The notes: generated from the sequence alone by a model not told the origin. A DNA stretch of 64,000 bases from an uncultured Candidatus Saccharibacteria bacterium (GCA_964603545.1 CAZRVD010000003.1:4945-68944), one strand, 5' to 3'. Shown: positions 47,797 through 57,288, counted from the stretch's first letter. Made by a program: numbers and translations.

Positions 47797-48180
47797 TTAT
47801 ACGAGGCAAATTGAATTTAAACAATATCTTTTCCCTGTATCTGTCGGTCCGTCTGGGAAGACGTGTCCTAAATGTGAGCCACACCTACTACATGTTATTT
47901 CTGTCCTCACCATTCCATGATCTTTATCTTCTTTTTCCACAACACTTCCTGGGAGAGCCTGGTCAAAGCTTGGCCAACCGGTGCCAGAATCAAATTTGGC
48001 TTCTGATGAAAATAGATCTTGTCCACAGACTTTACATTTATACATCCCATCCCTATCATCATGTAATAATTTTCCAGAAAAAGGCGCTTCCGTTCCCTTT
48101 TCACGAAGAACGGCATACTCCTCTGGAGTTAACCTAGTCCTCAACTCTTCTTCATTCACCTTTACTTTTATTTCATTCAT
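47797..48180 (-). CDS. msrB: Peptide-methionine (R)-S-oxide reductase
   Basis: CxxC ... GTGWPSF ... RTEITCSRCGSHLGHVF. Confidence 0.9.
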   Translation of the reverse strand: MNEIKVKVNEEELRTRLTPEEYAVLREKGTEAPFSGKLLHDDRDGMYKCKVCGQDLFSSEAKFDSGTGWPSFDQALPGSVVEKEDKDHGMVRTEITCSRCGSHLGHVFPDGPTDTGKRYCLNSICLV

Positions 48181-48247
48181 ATTTTGTGAATTTATTTAAT
48201 TCTGGAATTCTTGAGAATTCCAGAATTAACTTCTTTTTGTAATTCTG

Positions 48248-48799
48248 CTAAAGTTTTCCTGTATTATTTTTCAAAAGTTCTCCGAACTTTTGAATGACTT
48301 TTTCTAATTTTGGGTTTATCACCACTTCGCAATAAGCTTCACTCTTATTTCTCTCAAAATAATCCTGATGATAATTCTCTGCCGGGTAGAATGCTTCAAG
48401 CGGCACAACCTCTGTCACTACTTTTTCACCACCCTTATTTGATCGGTTTATCTCCTTTATAAAGTCCTCTGCAGTTTTCTTCTGTTTTGGAGTTGTATAG
48501 AAAATAACAGAGCGATACTGTTCTCCCACATCTTTCCCTTGTCTATTTACTGTAGTTGGATCGTGTGAACCAAAGAAAACTGTAAGTAAATCTTTATATG
48601 AAATTTCTTTTGGGTCAAACGTCACCTGAGTACACTCTGCATGTCCCGAATCACCCATACTGACTTCTGCGTATGTAGGATTTTTAGTTCTACCACCAGA
48701 GTATCCAGGTAAAACCTCCGAAACTCCCTTTAGCATTTTGAAAACCGCCTCGGTGCACCAAAAACAGCCTCCACCAAAAACAGCTATCTCATTTTTCAT
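48248..48799 (-). CDS. msrA: Peptide-methionine (S)-S-oxide reductase
   Basis: AVFGGGCFWCTEAVF active site. Confidence 0.9.
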   Translation of the reverse strand: MKNEIAVFGGGCFWCTEAVFKMLKGVSEVLPGYSGGRTKNPTYAEVSMGDSGHAECTQVTFDPKEISYKDLLTVFFGSHDPTTVNRQGKDVGEQYRSVIFYTTPKQKKTAEDFIKEINRSNKGGEKVVTEVVPLEAFYPAENYHQDYFERNKSEAYCEVVINPKLEKVIQKFGELLKNNTGKL

Positions 48800-48827
48800 C
48801 CCTTAATTATATCACACAAACCTAAAC

Positions 48828-49958
48828 TTATTTTAGTATCCCTATTTTATATGAAGCTATGGTACTAGTCGGTTTACTCTGTCCCTTATGCTGAGCTAGA
48901 AATCCTGCAGTAGCATCTACTCCACACATACTTTTTATAGCTTCTTGTCCTCCAGGATGCTGTGCTATCCAAGATGTTAAGTTATATACCCCACCAGAGA
49001 CTATTGACCAACAATCTGTTGATTTATTATGAACGGCAACCTGAACCAAAGTGTAACTTGCAATAGTAGGTGTAGGTGGAGTTACAGTAGTTGTGGTTGT
49101 AGAAGTTGGAGAAACAACTGGGGGAGTAACTACCTCGCCGCGGTCATCATCATCCTTGTCTTCATCTTCATCATTATCTCCCTCATCGTCATCAAGACCG
49201 TGATCTTTTTCAATTTCTTTTTGTTTACTTGTAGGTGTAGCTACCCTAACTGATGACATCATTATTATCCCGTTATCTCCAGAGCGACTCTTTTTTGATG
49301 TAAATATACTTGCAAATGTTGGGCTGTTGGAAGCACTGTTTGAAATAGTGACAAAAGCATCAAAGTGGTCGTCAATTTCTCTATCAAAATCTTGGGTTAC
49401 TTTTTCTGCCTTTTTTGTATTACCTTTCTTTTTTACCTTATCAATACTTTTATTTAACGCTTGAACTTTTTTAGAAAAGTTATTTTGTACAGTGACAGTT
49501 TGAACTTCTGTTAAACTTCCAGAACTACTCAAGGCCTCTACTTCGTCTAATCTAGCTGATACTTGCTTCAAATTAACATCCGCTTGTGATTCCGGTGTCA
49601 TAGCCAAAAGTGACTCAACATTTTCATTGATTCCAGTCTTAACTCCATATAAGGTATCTCCAGGTAGTGAACTTTGTGCATAATAACTTGTTCCAGTACC
49701 AAGAAATACAAGAAGAAGTACTAACGCCGGCATAATATATATTTGTCGAGATAAACCAAAAAAGTCATGAACTGTAATAGAACTTTTACGTGTTTTTGTT
49801 TCTCCAAAAGTAGAGGAGACTAACCCAGATTCAATATGTGAAATAATTCCGCCTTTAATTTTGGATTTTTCTTCCGCACTCAAAACAATACCCATTGCGG
49901 ATTGTGATATTTTTCCGATTAAAGCCTCTTCTTCGTTTGTAAATTTTTGTGGATCCAT
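48828..49958 (-). CDS. Putative anti-sigma factor: cytoplasmic N-terminus, one TM, extracytoplasmic domain, acidic linker and C-terminal cytochrome b5-like heme-binding domain
   Basis: Adjacent to and co-oriented with the ECF sigma. TM YIMPALVLLLVFLGTG. DDDEGDNDEDEDKDDDD linker. C-terminal WSIVSGGVYNLTSWIAQHPGGQEAI. Confidence 0.5.
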   Translation of the reverse strand: MDPQKFTNEEEALIGKISQSAMGIVLSAEEKSKIKGGIISHIESGLVSSTFGETKTRKSSITVHDFFGLSRQIYIMPALVLLLVFLGTGTSYYAQSSLPGDTLYGVKTGINENVESLLAMTPESQADVNLKQVSARLDEVEALSSSGSLTEVQTVTVQNNFSKKVQALNKSIDKVKKKGNTKKAEKVTQDFDREIDDHFDAFVTISNSASNSPTFASIFTSKKSRSGDNGIIMMSSVRVATPTSKQKEIEKDHGLDDDEGDNDEDEDKDDDDRGEVVTPPVVSPTSTTTTTVTPPTPTIASYTLVQVAVHNKSTDCWSIVSGGVYNLTSWIAQHPGGQEAIKSMCGVDATAGFLAQHKGQSKPTSTIASYKIGILK

Positions 49959-49959
49959 A

Positions 49960-50520
49960 TTATTCTAATTTAAATAATTCTCTTAGTTTGTTTATTCCGC
50001 GGTGGACGTGAACCGAAACCGTGTTCTCTGTTTCTCCTGTAATCTCTGCAATTTCGTGAAGCTCAAGACCTGAAACAAATCTCATAAAAACTGCTTCCCT
50101 GTAAACATCTGGAAGTTTTTCCAAAAGCTGTAGAGCTCTTTCTCCTTCAAGTCTATCATTTGCAGAGATTCCTTCTGGGGCTTCTGGACTAAACCCATCC
50201 TCTTCCAGAGAATCAAGCGAAACGGCCTTCTTCTTTCTATACTGATCTATGACGAGGTTGTTCATGGTTCTATACAAAAAAGCCCTCATGTTCAAAATGG
50301 TGTTGCCTTTTCCAATATAGTCCCAGGTTCTGACAAATGTATCTTGCAAGATATCCTTAGCAAGCTCCCTGTCGTGTACCTTGAAAAAACACTGCCTAAA
50401 CAAAGCGTCTGAATTATCATCATATGCCCGCAGAAAGTCCTGTTGCATCTTCTCTCTATTCATAGACGCTATATTATACCACTTATTACAGGTGTAGACA
50501 AAAATGGGCACCAAGCCCAT
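49960..50520 (-). CDS. ECF-type RNA polymerase sigma-70 factor
   Basis: Region 2 ILQDTFVRTW. Region 4 VYREAVFMRFVSGLELHEIAEITGETENTVSVHVHRGINKL. The true start is probably MNREKMQQ, around 50463. Confidence 0.8.
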   Translation of the reverse strand: MGLVPIFVYTCNKWYNIASMNREKMQQDFLRAYDDNSDALFRQCFFKVHDRELAKDILQDTFVRTWDYIGKGNTILNMRAFLYRTMNNLVIDQYRKKKAVSLDSLEEDGFSPEAPEGISANDRLEGERALQLLEKLPDVYREAVFMRFVSGLELHEIAEITGETENTVSVHVHRGINKLRELFKLE

Positions 50521-50532
50521 TTTTGTCCTTTC

Positions 50533-51495
50533 TTATATAGTTACTTCCAAAGGAGGAGTTACCTCTGTAGGTGGAGGTGATGGCTCAGGGTTTGGCTCTG
50601 GAATGACTGGAAGCACAACCTCATTTAAGACTGGAGTTTCTTCAGCAACCTCTATTACAGGGTCTGGAGGAACTTCAATAGTTTCAACTACCGAAACCCC
50701 TGGTTCTGTAACTGCCACTGGTTCTGGAGAGGGCTCTGTTTCCTTTATGACAGGTTCTGGTTGTTTTTCTAGAGTAGTTCCTTCTACCGTCGGTAGAACA
50801 TCTTCTACTATTGCTGGAACAACTAAACTCTCTACAACAGGAGGCGGAATATACGGAACAATAAATGTTATAGAAACTTTTTGTGTATCTCTATAACCCT
50901 TTCCAAATGGCACACCTGAGTTCCAACCCTTGTAGACCAGCTCCACCGTACAAGATTTGTCAGAAAACATCGTGTAGTCTGGCACAGACAAAGCCATGGT
51001 CCAAGGTCCTACTTCAGTTGTCGTTCCTGTATTTAGAGAAACTAACCCACCATCATATGGAAAGGGATACGTAGCAAACAAGTGAATAGTATTACACAAT
51101 TCACTGTCACCGTTTATCATCTCCGCCTTAACAAAATACTGTATAGGCTCACTATCCGAGTTTGGTGTCATAATCGGAGTGACAACAACCTCCCCCAAAC
51201 TCAAATCAACTTGAGCAGAATCCGCACTGTCGATTTCAACTTCAAAACCAATAGGATCCGCTCGCAAAAAGTTTCCTATCGTCTGCTCAACATCGTTAAA
51301 ATAAGAAATGGTATTTCCTACTGATGAAAGACTGAAAGAAACCAAAACTGAGACCAAGGAAATACTGGCGATTTTCAGACTAAATTTTTTAAACTGAAAA
51401 ACTTCAGTTTTATTTTCCTCTGGTCCAGAAGGTTTTAGTTGTTTCCTTCTAACTCCGTGGAATGGATATATTTCTTTGTTCAATTTGCTCCGCAT
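50533..51495 (-). CDS. SipW-cognate-type secreted protein with Pro/Glu/Val-rich C-terminal repeat region
   Basis: After the TM segment: SSVGNTISYFNDVEQTIGNFLRADPI matches the xFFSDxExSxGNxF SipW-cognate pattern. C-terminal PEPxP low complexity. Confidence 0.5.
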   Translation of the reverse strand: MRSKLNKEIYPFHGVRRKQLKPSGPEENKTEVFQFKKFSLKIASISLVSVLVSFSLSSVGNTISYFNDVEQTIGNFLRADPIGFEVEIDSADSAQVDLSLGEVVVTPIMTPNSDSEPIQYFVKAEMINGDSELCNTIHLFATYPFPYDGGLVSLNTGTTTEVGPWTMALSVPDYTMFSDKSCTVELVYKGWNSGVPFGKGYRDTQKVSITFIVPYIPPPVVESLVVPAIVEDVLPTVEGTTLEKQPEPVIKETEPSPEPVAVTEPGVSVVETIEVPPDPVIEVAEETPVLNEVVLPVIPEPNPEPSPPPTEVTPPLEVTI

Positions 51496-52012
51496 CTGTT
51501 TCTTTTTTATTTTTCAACTTACGAATCTCCGCCACTATCTTTCCTATTTCATCAACAATAATCACAAGCGCCGGAATTCCAACAAGGAGTGCAAAACCCA
51601 TGGGTTTTTTAGCAAAGTCTAAGACAAAACCTAAATAAGGAAGTGTGAAAACTACTTTGCCACTTATGTCACTTAGCCTTATTGGTGTTTGGTCTTCTGC
51701 ATCATTGGCATCCCCTTTTGTTGTAAATGTCCGAAGTGGTCCTGTGCCATCTATTTTCACAATACGATGGGTTGTAGGAATTTGGTCTTTCGTGTCCTTA
51801 CCAAAGGTCACCACATCATTTACCTCGTATGAACTAGACGGTCTTAGAACCACAACCCCGCCTGTTTTTATGTATGGCTCCATAGAACCAGACTTCACCA
51901 CTTTTATTTTGAAGTTGCCAGGGGTAGGCACTAGTGTTACCAGAAGTAACAAAGCAATAGCCACTATCCCCGCAACAAAAGTGTAGTAGATAAGATTGAG
52001 AAAGAATTTCAT
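51449..52012 (-). CDS. sipW: Signal peptidase I, SipW (archaeal-type, S26B) family
   Basis: N-terminal TM then VVKSGSMEPYIKTGGVVVLRP; a second TM at the C-terminus. Confidence 0.8.
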   Translation of the reverse strand: MKFFLNLIYYTFVAGIVAIALLLLVTLVPTPGNFKIKVVKSGSMEPYIKTGGVVVLRPSSSYEVNDVVTFGKDTKDQIPTTHRIVKIDGTGPLRTFTTKGDANDAEDQTPIRLSDISGKVVFTLPYLGFVLDFAKKPMGFALLVGIPALVIIVDEIGKIVAEIRKLKNKKETDAEQIEQRNISIPRS

Positions 52013-52030
52013 TTAGCTTTATTTACTCAG

Positions 52031-53392
52031 TTAGTTTTTAGCGTTAGTTATTGTACAAGTAATAGCTTCGCCTTCGTTTAGAACTATAGGAGTACTGGTA
52101 CTAGCTGGACATCCCACTCCAGTAATAGAGACAAAATGATAACCCACTCTACCTGTTTCGTTTATAAGATGTGGTGTGTTGGAAGTAACAGCAATAGATG
52201 CGCCCGTTGGAACTCCTACACCATCAACTCTTAGACCAAACAATGTGTTTGAGGCAAGTGGTGGAGTACCGGTTACGACTTTTATTAGAGTAATGTGTGC
52301 TGGAAGCTCTGTGTTTGTTATAACACAAGACTTCAGCTCATTTGCTCCAACATTTATATTCCCTTCAAAGTCACAATCCCCACTAAATGTAGCTTGATAT
52401 CCGTTTGAGCCAGCTTCACTTATGTTGTACAAACCTACTGGAACAGTTGTTGTTGCTCCAGAAGAAACTTCTGTAGAAACAAAACCATCATCAATAAAGT
52501 AATGGAAGTCTGTCACGGTATTGTTTCCGCCATTATTGTTTACAACAACTTTTGTTACAACAATTTTACCCATCTGTTGCACTACTGGTGGGACACATAG
52601 GAAATTTGGATTGTGCCTAGACTGAACCGCAGAAAACTTTACATCCGCAGTCAAACTATCTGTTTGAGTTGAATTGTTTAAGTTTGAGCCATCACAGACA
52701 ATACCTCCACTTGAGTTAGCTGGGGTTCTAGGTGAGGTAGAACCTAGTCCGTCTTGCACAAGTGCAGATTGACTAAGATTCCCAAAACACCATGCTTTGC
52801 CTATGTACAAAGTCTGTTCTCCAGGAACTGGCCCAGGAACTCCTGTCCATATGTTTGTACTGGAATCTGCTAGAGCCACAGTTGTTGAACCATTTAAACC
52901 AAGTGCCCCTATAGGTCCTTGAGAAATAACGTCCTCGTCATTCTCTAGAACATTATCCCCATCATCAGCCCACCATACGAAATTCACATTACTAGCAAGT
53001 TCGCCGTTTCCGGGACCATCACTAGCATCAACTTCTGCTTCCGGTTCATTTATTCCGTTATCATCATTTGAAGTCAGCTTAACGTTGGCACAAAGATATG
53101 AATCATTGTTGTCTACATGAAGAGAGATCGTGTCTTCTCCTAGATCTCCAGGTTTAACATCTGGAAAATCAAAAAACTTTTGAATAGTTAAGTCCGCCAT
53201 TTCCCATGTCGTACTAGCATTCAAAAATCCGTTGTAGTAGCTGTGATTGTCTATCATTAGGTCTATAGCTCCAGCAGTAAAAGTGTTTCCACTCGACAGT
53301 TCTCTGTCAGAGAAAAACGCACCTGTTCCACCTAGAACTAAGGCCGAACCAACAAACAAGATTAGAGCTGAACTTAGTAATATTCTTTTCAT
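52031..53392 (-). CDS. TasA/camelysin-like secreted protein with SipW-cognate signal peptide, paralog 1 (453 aa)
   Basis: MKRILLSSALILFVGSALVLGGTGAFFSDRELSSGNTFTAGAIDL. Confidence 0.7.
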   Translation of the reverse strand: MKRILLSSALILFVGSALVLGGTGAFFSDRELSSGNTFTAGAIDLMIDNHSYYNGFLNASTTWEMADLTIQKFFDFPDVKPGDLGEDTISLHVDNNDSYLCANVKLTSNDDNGINEPEAEVDASDGPGNGELASNVNFVWWADDGDNVLENDEDVISQGPIGALGLNGSTTVALADSSTNIWTGVPGPVPGEQTLYIGKAWCFGNLSQSALVQDGLGSTSPRTPANSSGGIVCDGSNLNNSTQTDSLTADVKFSAVQSRHNPNFLCVPPVVQQMGKIVVTKVVVNNNGGNNTVTDFHYFIDDGFVSTEVSSGATTTVPVGLYNISEAGSNGYQATFSGDCDFEGNINVGANELKSCVITNTELPAHITLIKVVTGTPPLASNTLFGLRVDGVGVPTGASIAVTSNTPHLINETGRVGYHFVSITGVGCPASTSTPIVLNEGEAITCTITNAKN

Positions 53393-53407
53393 TCCGTTTT
53401 CTGTTTA

Positions 53408-53443
53408 CCCCCGAACTAATTTTAGTAAATTCAGTTCTGGGGG
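53408..53443. repeat. Hairpin element CCCCCGAACTaattttagtaaattcAGTTCTGGGGG, copy 1
   Basis: Near-identical copies at 54905-54940 and 56793-56830; split copy at 56453-56471 / 56731-56749. Confidence 0.8.
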
Positions 53444-53459
53444 TGGATAATAATTTTAC

Positions 53460-54896
53460 CTAGTTAAGTGGACAATTTTCTGGAATAACAAACTGACCAA
53501 CCAAAGTTGAGTAAGCTGTGTTTGTTCCAGGATAAGCCCCGTTAAACATCGATATGACTTGTGCTTGGCTGTAAGGGAAGTCCAAACTGCCTGCGTTGAG
53601 TAGTGCTACCACCGTCTCTCTTCCAAGCTGATTTAATCCCCCACCACCCAGTTGCAAAACTTGTAACAAAGTTTTACCAGGAAAAGCGTTGTCGAAGACA
53701 GAAGAGTATAGTTGGTTCGGTGAGTAACCAGACCAGCTGTCAAAATGTTGACTTGCCTTCCAGTAACCATGTGAACAGTACTGGTTATTTTCTTCCTCAA
53801 CTTTAAGTTTATTTACAACTATAAATGTTTCTGTGGGATCATTAACAATAACTCCTAGACCCCCCGCGCCCGAAACATGTTCCCAGCCTTCCTGTAACAC
53901 CTCACTTATCTCATGAGTACCATAAGACACGCCAGTGAAAGCAACACAGCCATTTTGCAGAGTTACTCCAGAGTAATCCTCAATATTACCCGGTAGACCA
54001 TCATTTAAATTCAAGGTCCAACCAGAAAGAGGTTTACCTGTTTCATCTGTTTTACACAAAGTTACAGTTGATTTGTCTTCTTCTTCGTCATTTCCACAAA
54101 TAAACCCATCGTTACCCCTAGATTGAATCACAGAGAAAGTGACATCGGCTTTTACGCCGTCACTTTGAACTATGTTTCCTATTTCTTCACCTTCGCATTT
54201 AAAACCAGTTCCTCTTACTAGAGGTCCGTTGTTACCTGTTTTACCTAAACCATCTTGAGTTACTGGATAGTCCTGCATATCGCCAAAGCACCAGGCTTTA
54301 CCAATATACCTGACAGAATTTCCAATAAGCGGGTCATCACCTCCCCAAATGTTTCCATTTGAGTCAGCGATAGCCCAATTTTCTCCATTCCAAATATCTT
54401 TTACCAAACCTTTTTTGAATATTTTTTCTCCTATCTCATAAACATTATCTCCGTCGTCTGCCCAGAATTTGAAATACAATTTGTCTTGTAACTCACCACT
54501 GTTTTCTCCGGTGGTTACGTCCACAAGACTTTCTGGTTCATTCTGACCATTCTCTGGAGTGGCAGTAAGCAGTATATTCATACACGCCCAAGCATTGTTA
54601 TTGTTTACGTGAAGTGAAATAGTATCCTCTCCAATATCTCCTGGCTTTATATCAAGAAAGTTAAAGAAAAACTTACCCGCAAGCGGAGAAAGTTCCCAAG
54701 AAGTGGATGTGCTGTAAACCAGCTTGCCCCACTCGTTTGTTATATAACTTTCGTTGTCGATTTTTAGGTCGATAACCCCTGTGGCAAAAGTATTACCTGT
54801 GGACTTTTCTGTATCGGAGAGGTATGCTCCTGTACCAGTGGCCAGGATTGCTCCAGCAAAGATTATGGAAGTTATACTTAATAGTATTTTTTTCAT
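53460..54896 (-). CDS. TasA/camelysin-like secreted protein, paralog 2 (479 aa from MKKILLSITS)
   Basis: MKKILLSITSIIFAGAILATGTGAYLSDTEKSTGNTFATGVIDL. The longer ORF to 55007 reads through the upstream hairpin element. Confidence 0.7.
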   Translation of the reverse strand: MKKILLSITSIIFAGAILATGTGAYLSDTEKSTGNTFATGVIDLKIDNESYITNEWGKLVYSTSTSWELSPLAGKFFFNFLDIKPGDIGEDTISLHVNNNNAWACMNILLTATPENGQNEPESLVDVTTGENSGELQDKLYFKFWADDGDNVYEIGEKIFKKGLVKDIWNGENWAIADSNGNIWGGDDPLIGNSVRYIGKAWCFGDMQDYPVTQDGLGKTGNNGPLVRGTGFKCEGEEIGNIVQSDGVKADVTFSVIQSRGNDGFICGNDEEEDKSTVTLCKTDETGKPLSGWTLNLNDGLPGNIEDYSGVTLQNGCVAFTGVSYGTHEISEVLQEGWEHVSGAGGLGVIVNDPTETFIVVNKLKVEEENNQYCSHGYWKASQHFDSWSGYSPNQLYSSVFDNAFPGKTLLQVLQLGGGGLNQLGRETVVALLNAGSLDFPYSQAQVISMFNGAYPGTNTAYSTLVGQFVIPENCPLN

Positions 54897-54904
54897 TTTT
54901 TCTT

Positions 54905-54940
54905 GCCCCCGAACTAATTTTAATAAATTCAGTTCTGGGG
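54905..54940. repeat. Hairpin element, copy 2
   Basis: CCCCCGAACTAATTTTAATAAATTCAGTTCTGGGGG. Confidence 0.8.
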
Positions 54941-55051
54941 GTAACTTTCTAACCCACTTTCTTTGTTTGGTTGCGAAGCACGACTCTAGAGAGTTATGCC
55001 CCGCCACCTACAAAGATTAATGAGTTAGGAAAATTTTAGTTTAGAGTTCTA

Positions 55052-56434
55052 CTAATCAAATGTATTTGTAACAGTACATGTGATTGTATCCCCTGGGGTC
55101 AAAACAACTGATCCTGGGAAAGATGCTGGGCAAGAAACCCCCAAGAAGGATGTTCCTGTAACTGATGTTTGAGAATAACCAGCCACCAAAACTTCTTCGT
55201 CAAGTTCATGTGAAGCATTTGCGCTAACACCATTAGAAGATCCTGAAGTTACAATTCCACTATCGATTGATAGATCAAAGTCGTCTGGAGCAGATTCTCC
55301 CCCAACAACATTTTTAATTAAAGTAACTACTGGTTGAATATCATCATTAGTTATAGTACAGCTAGCAGCTCCCCCGGCTGGAACATTCACAGTTCCGTCT
55401 GATGCACAATCTCCACTAAATGTAGCAGAGTAACCAAACAGACCAGATTCACTCACTGTATGAAGACCAGCACTTGTTGTTGTCGCTACACCAGATGAAA
55501 TAGACATTGAATCAACAAAGAGTGGAAAGCCACCAACTACAGCTGTTCCACCATTATCATTTGTTACAACCTTAGTAACTGTAAGAGTTCCTGTTGTTGG
55601 CTCACCTTGTCTTTGTACACACTGGAAGTTTCCATTGTTTCTAGACTGAACAGCTCTGAAAGCAACGTTTGCTGTCAAACTGTCTGTTTGTGCAGTATTG
55701 CCAACTTGTGAACCATCACAAGTAAATCCTGTTCCAACTGTAAGAGGACTTCGTCCTACATCTGCGCCATTGTCTTGAGCAACTGGGTTTGGCGTAATTG
55801 TTCCAAAGCACCATGCTTTACCAACGTACCTTACAGATGCTCCTGGTACTGGACCACCTTGTAATGTCCAAATGTTATAAACAGAGTCAGCTAGTGTAAC
55901 AGTTGTTGTTGCACCTATTGCAAGAGCTCCTAAAGGACCGCCTTGTAGCAGGTTCTCCCCTGTTTCCAAAACGTTGTCTCCATCGTCAGCCCACCAAGCA
56001 AAGTTTACTTGCTGTGCTAGTTCACCTCCGTTTGGATCATTTGTTATATCTCCATCTTCTGCTTCTGGCTCAACAAGAGTGTTTTCATTGTTAGATGTAA
56101 GTGTTACATCAGCACAAAGGTATGAATCGTTGTTGTCCACGTGTAGAGAGATAGTGTCTTCGCCAATGTCTCCAGGTTTTAAGTCACTGAAGTCAAAAAA
56201 CTTCTCAATTGTTAAATCTCTCATTGTCCAAGTTGTCCAAGGACTAGCTACAAGCTGTCCTGTAGATGTACTTGTAACATAACTCGTATTATCTATCTGC
56301 AAATCAATAGCTCCAGCAGCCAAAACATTGCCTACTGAAGTTTCACTATCACTGAAAAAAGCTCCTGTTGCTGTTATAGCCATCGCCGCAACAAAAACAA
56401 CCACTCCTAAACTCATTAATATTTTTCTATTCAT
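55052..56434 (-). CDS. TasA/camelysin-like secreted protein, paralog 3 (460 aa)
   Basis: MNRKILMSLGVVVFVAAMAITATGAFFSDSETSVGNVLAAGAIDL. Confidence 0.7.
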   Translation of the reverse strand: MNRKILMSLGVVVFVAAMAITATGAFFSDSETSVGNVLAAGAIDLQIDNTSYVTSTSTGQLVASPWTTWTMRDLTIEKFFDFSDLKPGDIGEDTISLHVDNNDSYLCADVTLTSNNENTLVEPEAEDGDITNDPNGGELAQQVNFAWWADDGDNVLETGENLLQGGPLGALAIGATTTVTLADSVYNIWTLQGGPVPGASVRYVGKAWCFGTITPNPVAQDNGADVGRSPLTVGTGFTCDGSQVGNTAQTDSLTANVAFRAVQSRNNGNFQCVQRQGEPTTGTLTVTKVVTNDNGGTAVVGGFPLFVDSMSISSGVATTTSAGLHTVSESGLFGYSATFSGDCASDGTVNVPAGGAASCTITNDDIQPVVTLIKNVVGGESAPDDFDLSIDSGIVTSGSSNGVSANASHELDEEVLVAGYSQTSVTGTSFLGVSCPASFPGSVVLTPGDTITCTVTNTFD

Positions 56435-56452
56435 AATTAATTTTATTTTTTA

Positions 56453-56749
56453 CCCCCGAACTAATTAGGACTTAAGACTCTTACTTATCCTCCTTTTCAA
56501 ACCACCTAAAGACCTACCGTGCTCCTTGAGCATTTTCTCTCTATGTGTGGCGTCTTCCCTTAGTTTATATGCTTCGTAATATATCAACTCAAATGGCTTT
56601 CGTAATTTGGTTGATGTACTCTTACCCGAATTATGTTCTTCTATTCTCCTCTTGAGATTATTTGTGTATCCGGTGTAAAGATTTCCATCTTTCTCACTTT
56701 TTAAAATATACACATAGAACATAATTCAAAGTCCTAATTAGTTCGGGGG
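56453..56749 (-). mobile_element. GIY-YIG nuclease gene inserted into the loop of a hairpin element, bounded by 19-bp inverted repeats CCCCCGAACTAATTAGGAC
   Basis: Left arm 56453-56471, right arm (reverse complement) 56731-56749. The interior 56465-56722 encodes the GIY-YIG protein. Confidence 0.5.
56465..56722 (-). CDS. Small GIY-YIG domain nuclease (UPF0213/YhbQ-like, 85 aa)
   Basis: MFYVYILKSEKDGNLYTGYTNNLKRRIEEHNSGKS. Confidence 0.8.
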   Translation of the reverse strand: MFYVYILKSEKDGNLYTGYTNNLKRRIEEHNSGKSTSTKLRKPFELIYYEAYKLREDATHREKMLKEHGRSLGGLKRRISKSLKS

Positions 56750-56792
56750 TTGATTAATTTTTATAATACTTTTTATAATTTTGTTTACTTTA

Positions 56793-56830
56793 CCCCCGAA
56801 CTAAATTTTAATAAATTTCAGTTCAGGGGG
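56793..56830. repeat. Hairpin element, copy 3 (intact, upstream of the TasA-like array)
   Basis: CCCCCGAACTAAATTTTAATAAATTTCAGTTCAGGGGG. Confidence 0.75.
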
Positions 56831-57257
56831 TCGACCTTCTCTTCTCAAACTAAGCCCTTGGAATTCGCAAATAATTACAAAAACAAAAAGAGCTGTCTCT
56901 GTTGTAATATTAAAATTACTGCAGAGATAGCTCTTTTGCGTGTTCCAAGTGGTTTGTTTCAAGAAAAGTAACTAACATCTTTTCTAACTTACTTAAGAAC
57001 TAATTTATATCTTGATCTAAACCAAGATAAAGTTCATCGTATCACGCTGTTTTTTTATCAAAATAATAAATACTAAAAAAGTGTATAACTTGTGGAGAAC
57101 AAGTGTAAAACTCTACAAATATGAGTGAAAAAACGTGAAAATATAGTAAAATTTGACAAAATTTTAAAAAATTGAAAAACAAAAAATACCTTGACCAAAT
57201 TGAGATTTACAAAAAACTACACCATACTTGTGTAGCTTTTTGTAACCTATTGAGTAT

Positions 57258-57280
57258 TGTGCAACATCGGATGTTGCACA
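57258..57280. repeat. 23-bp palindrome TGTGCAACATCGGATGTTGCACA, copy b (8 nt past the stop of the 57289-57969 gene)
   Basis: Exact match to copies a and c. Confidence 0.8.
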
Positions 57281-57288
57281 GTAGAAAA

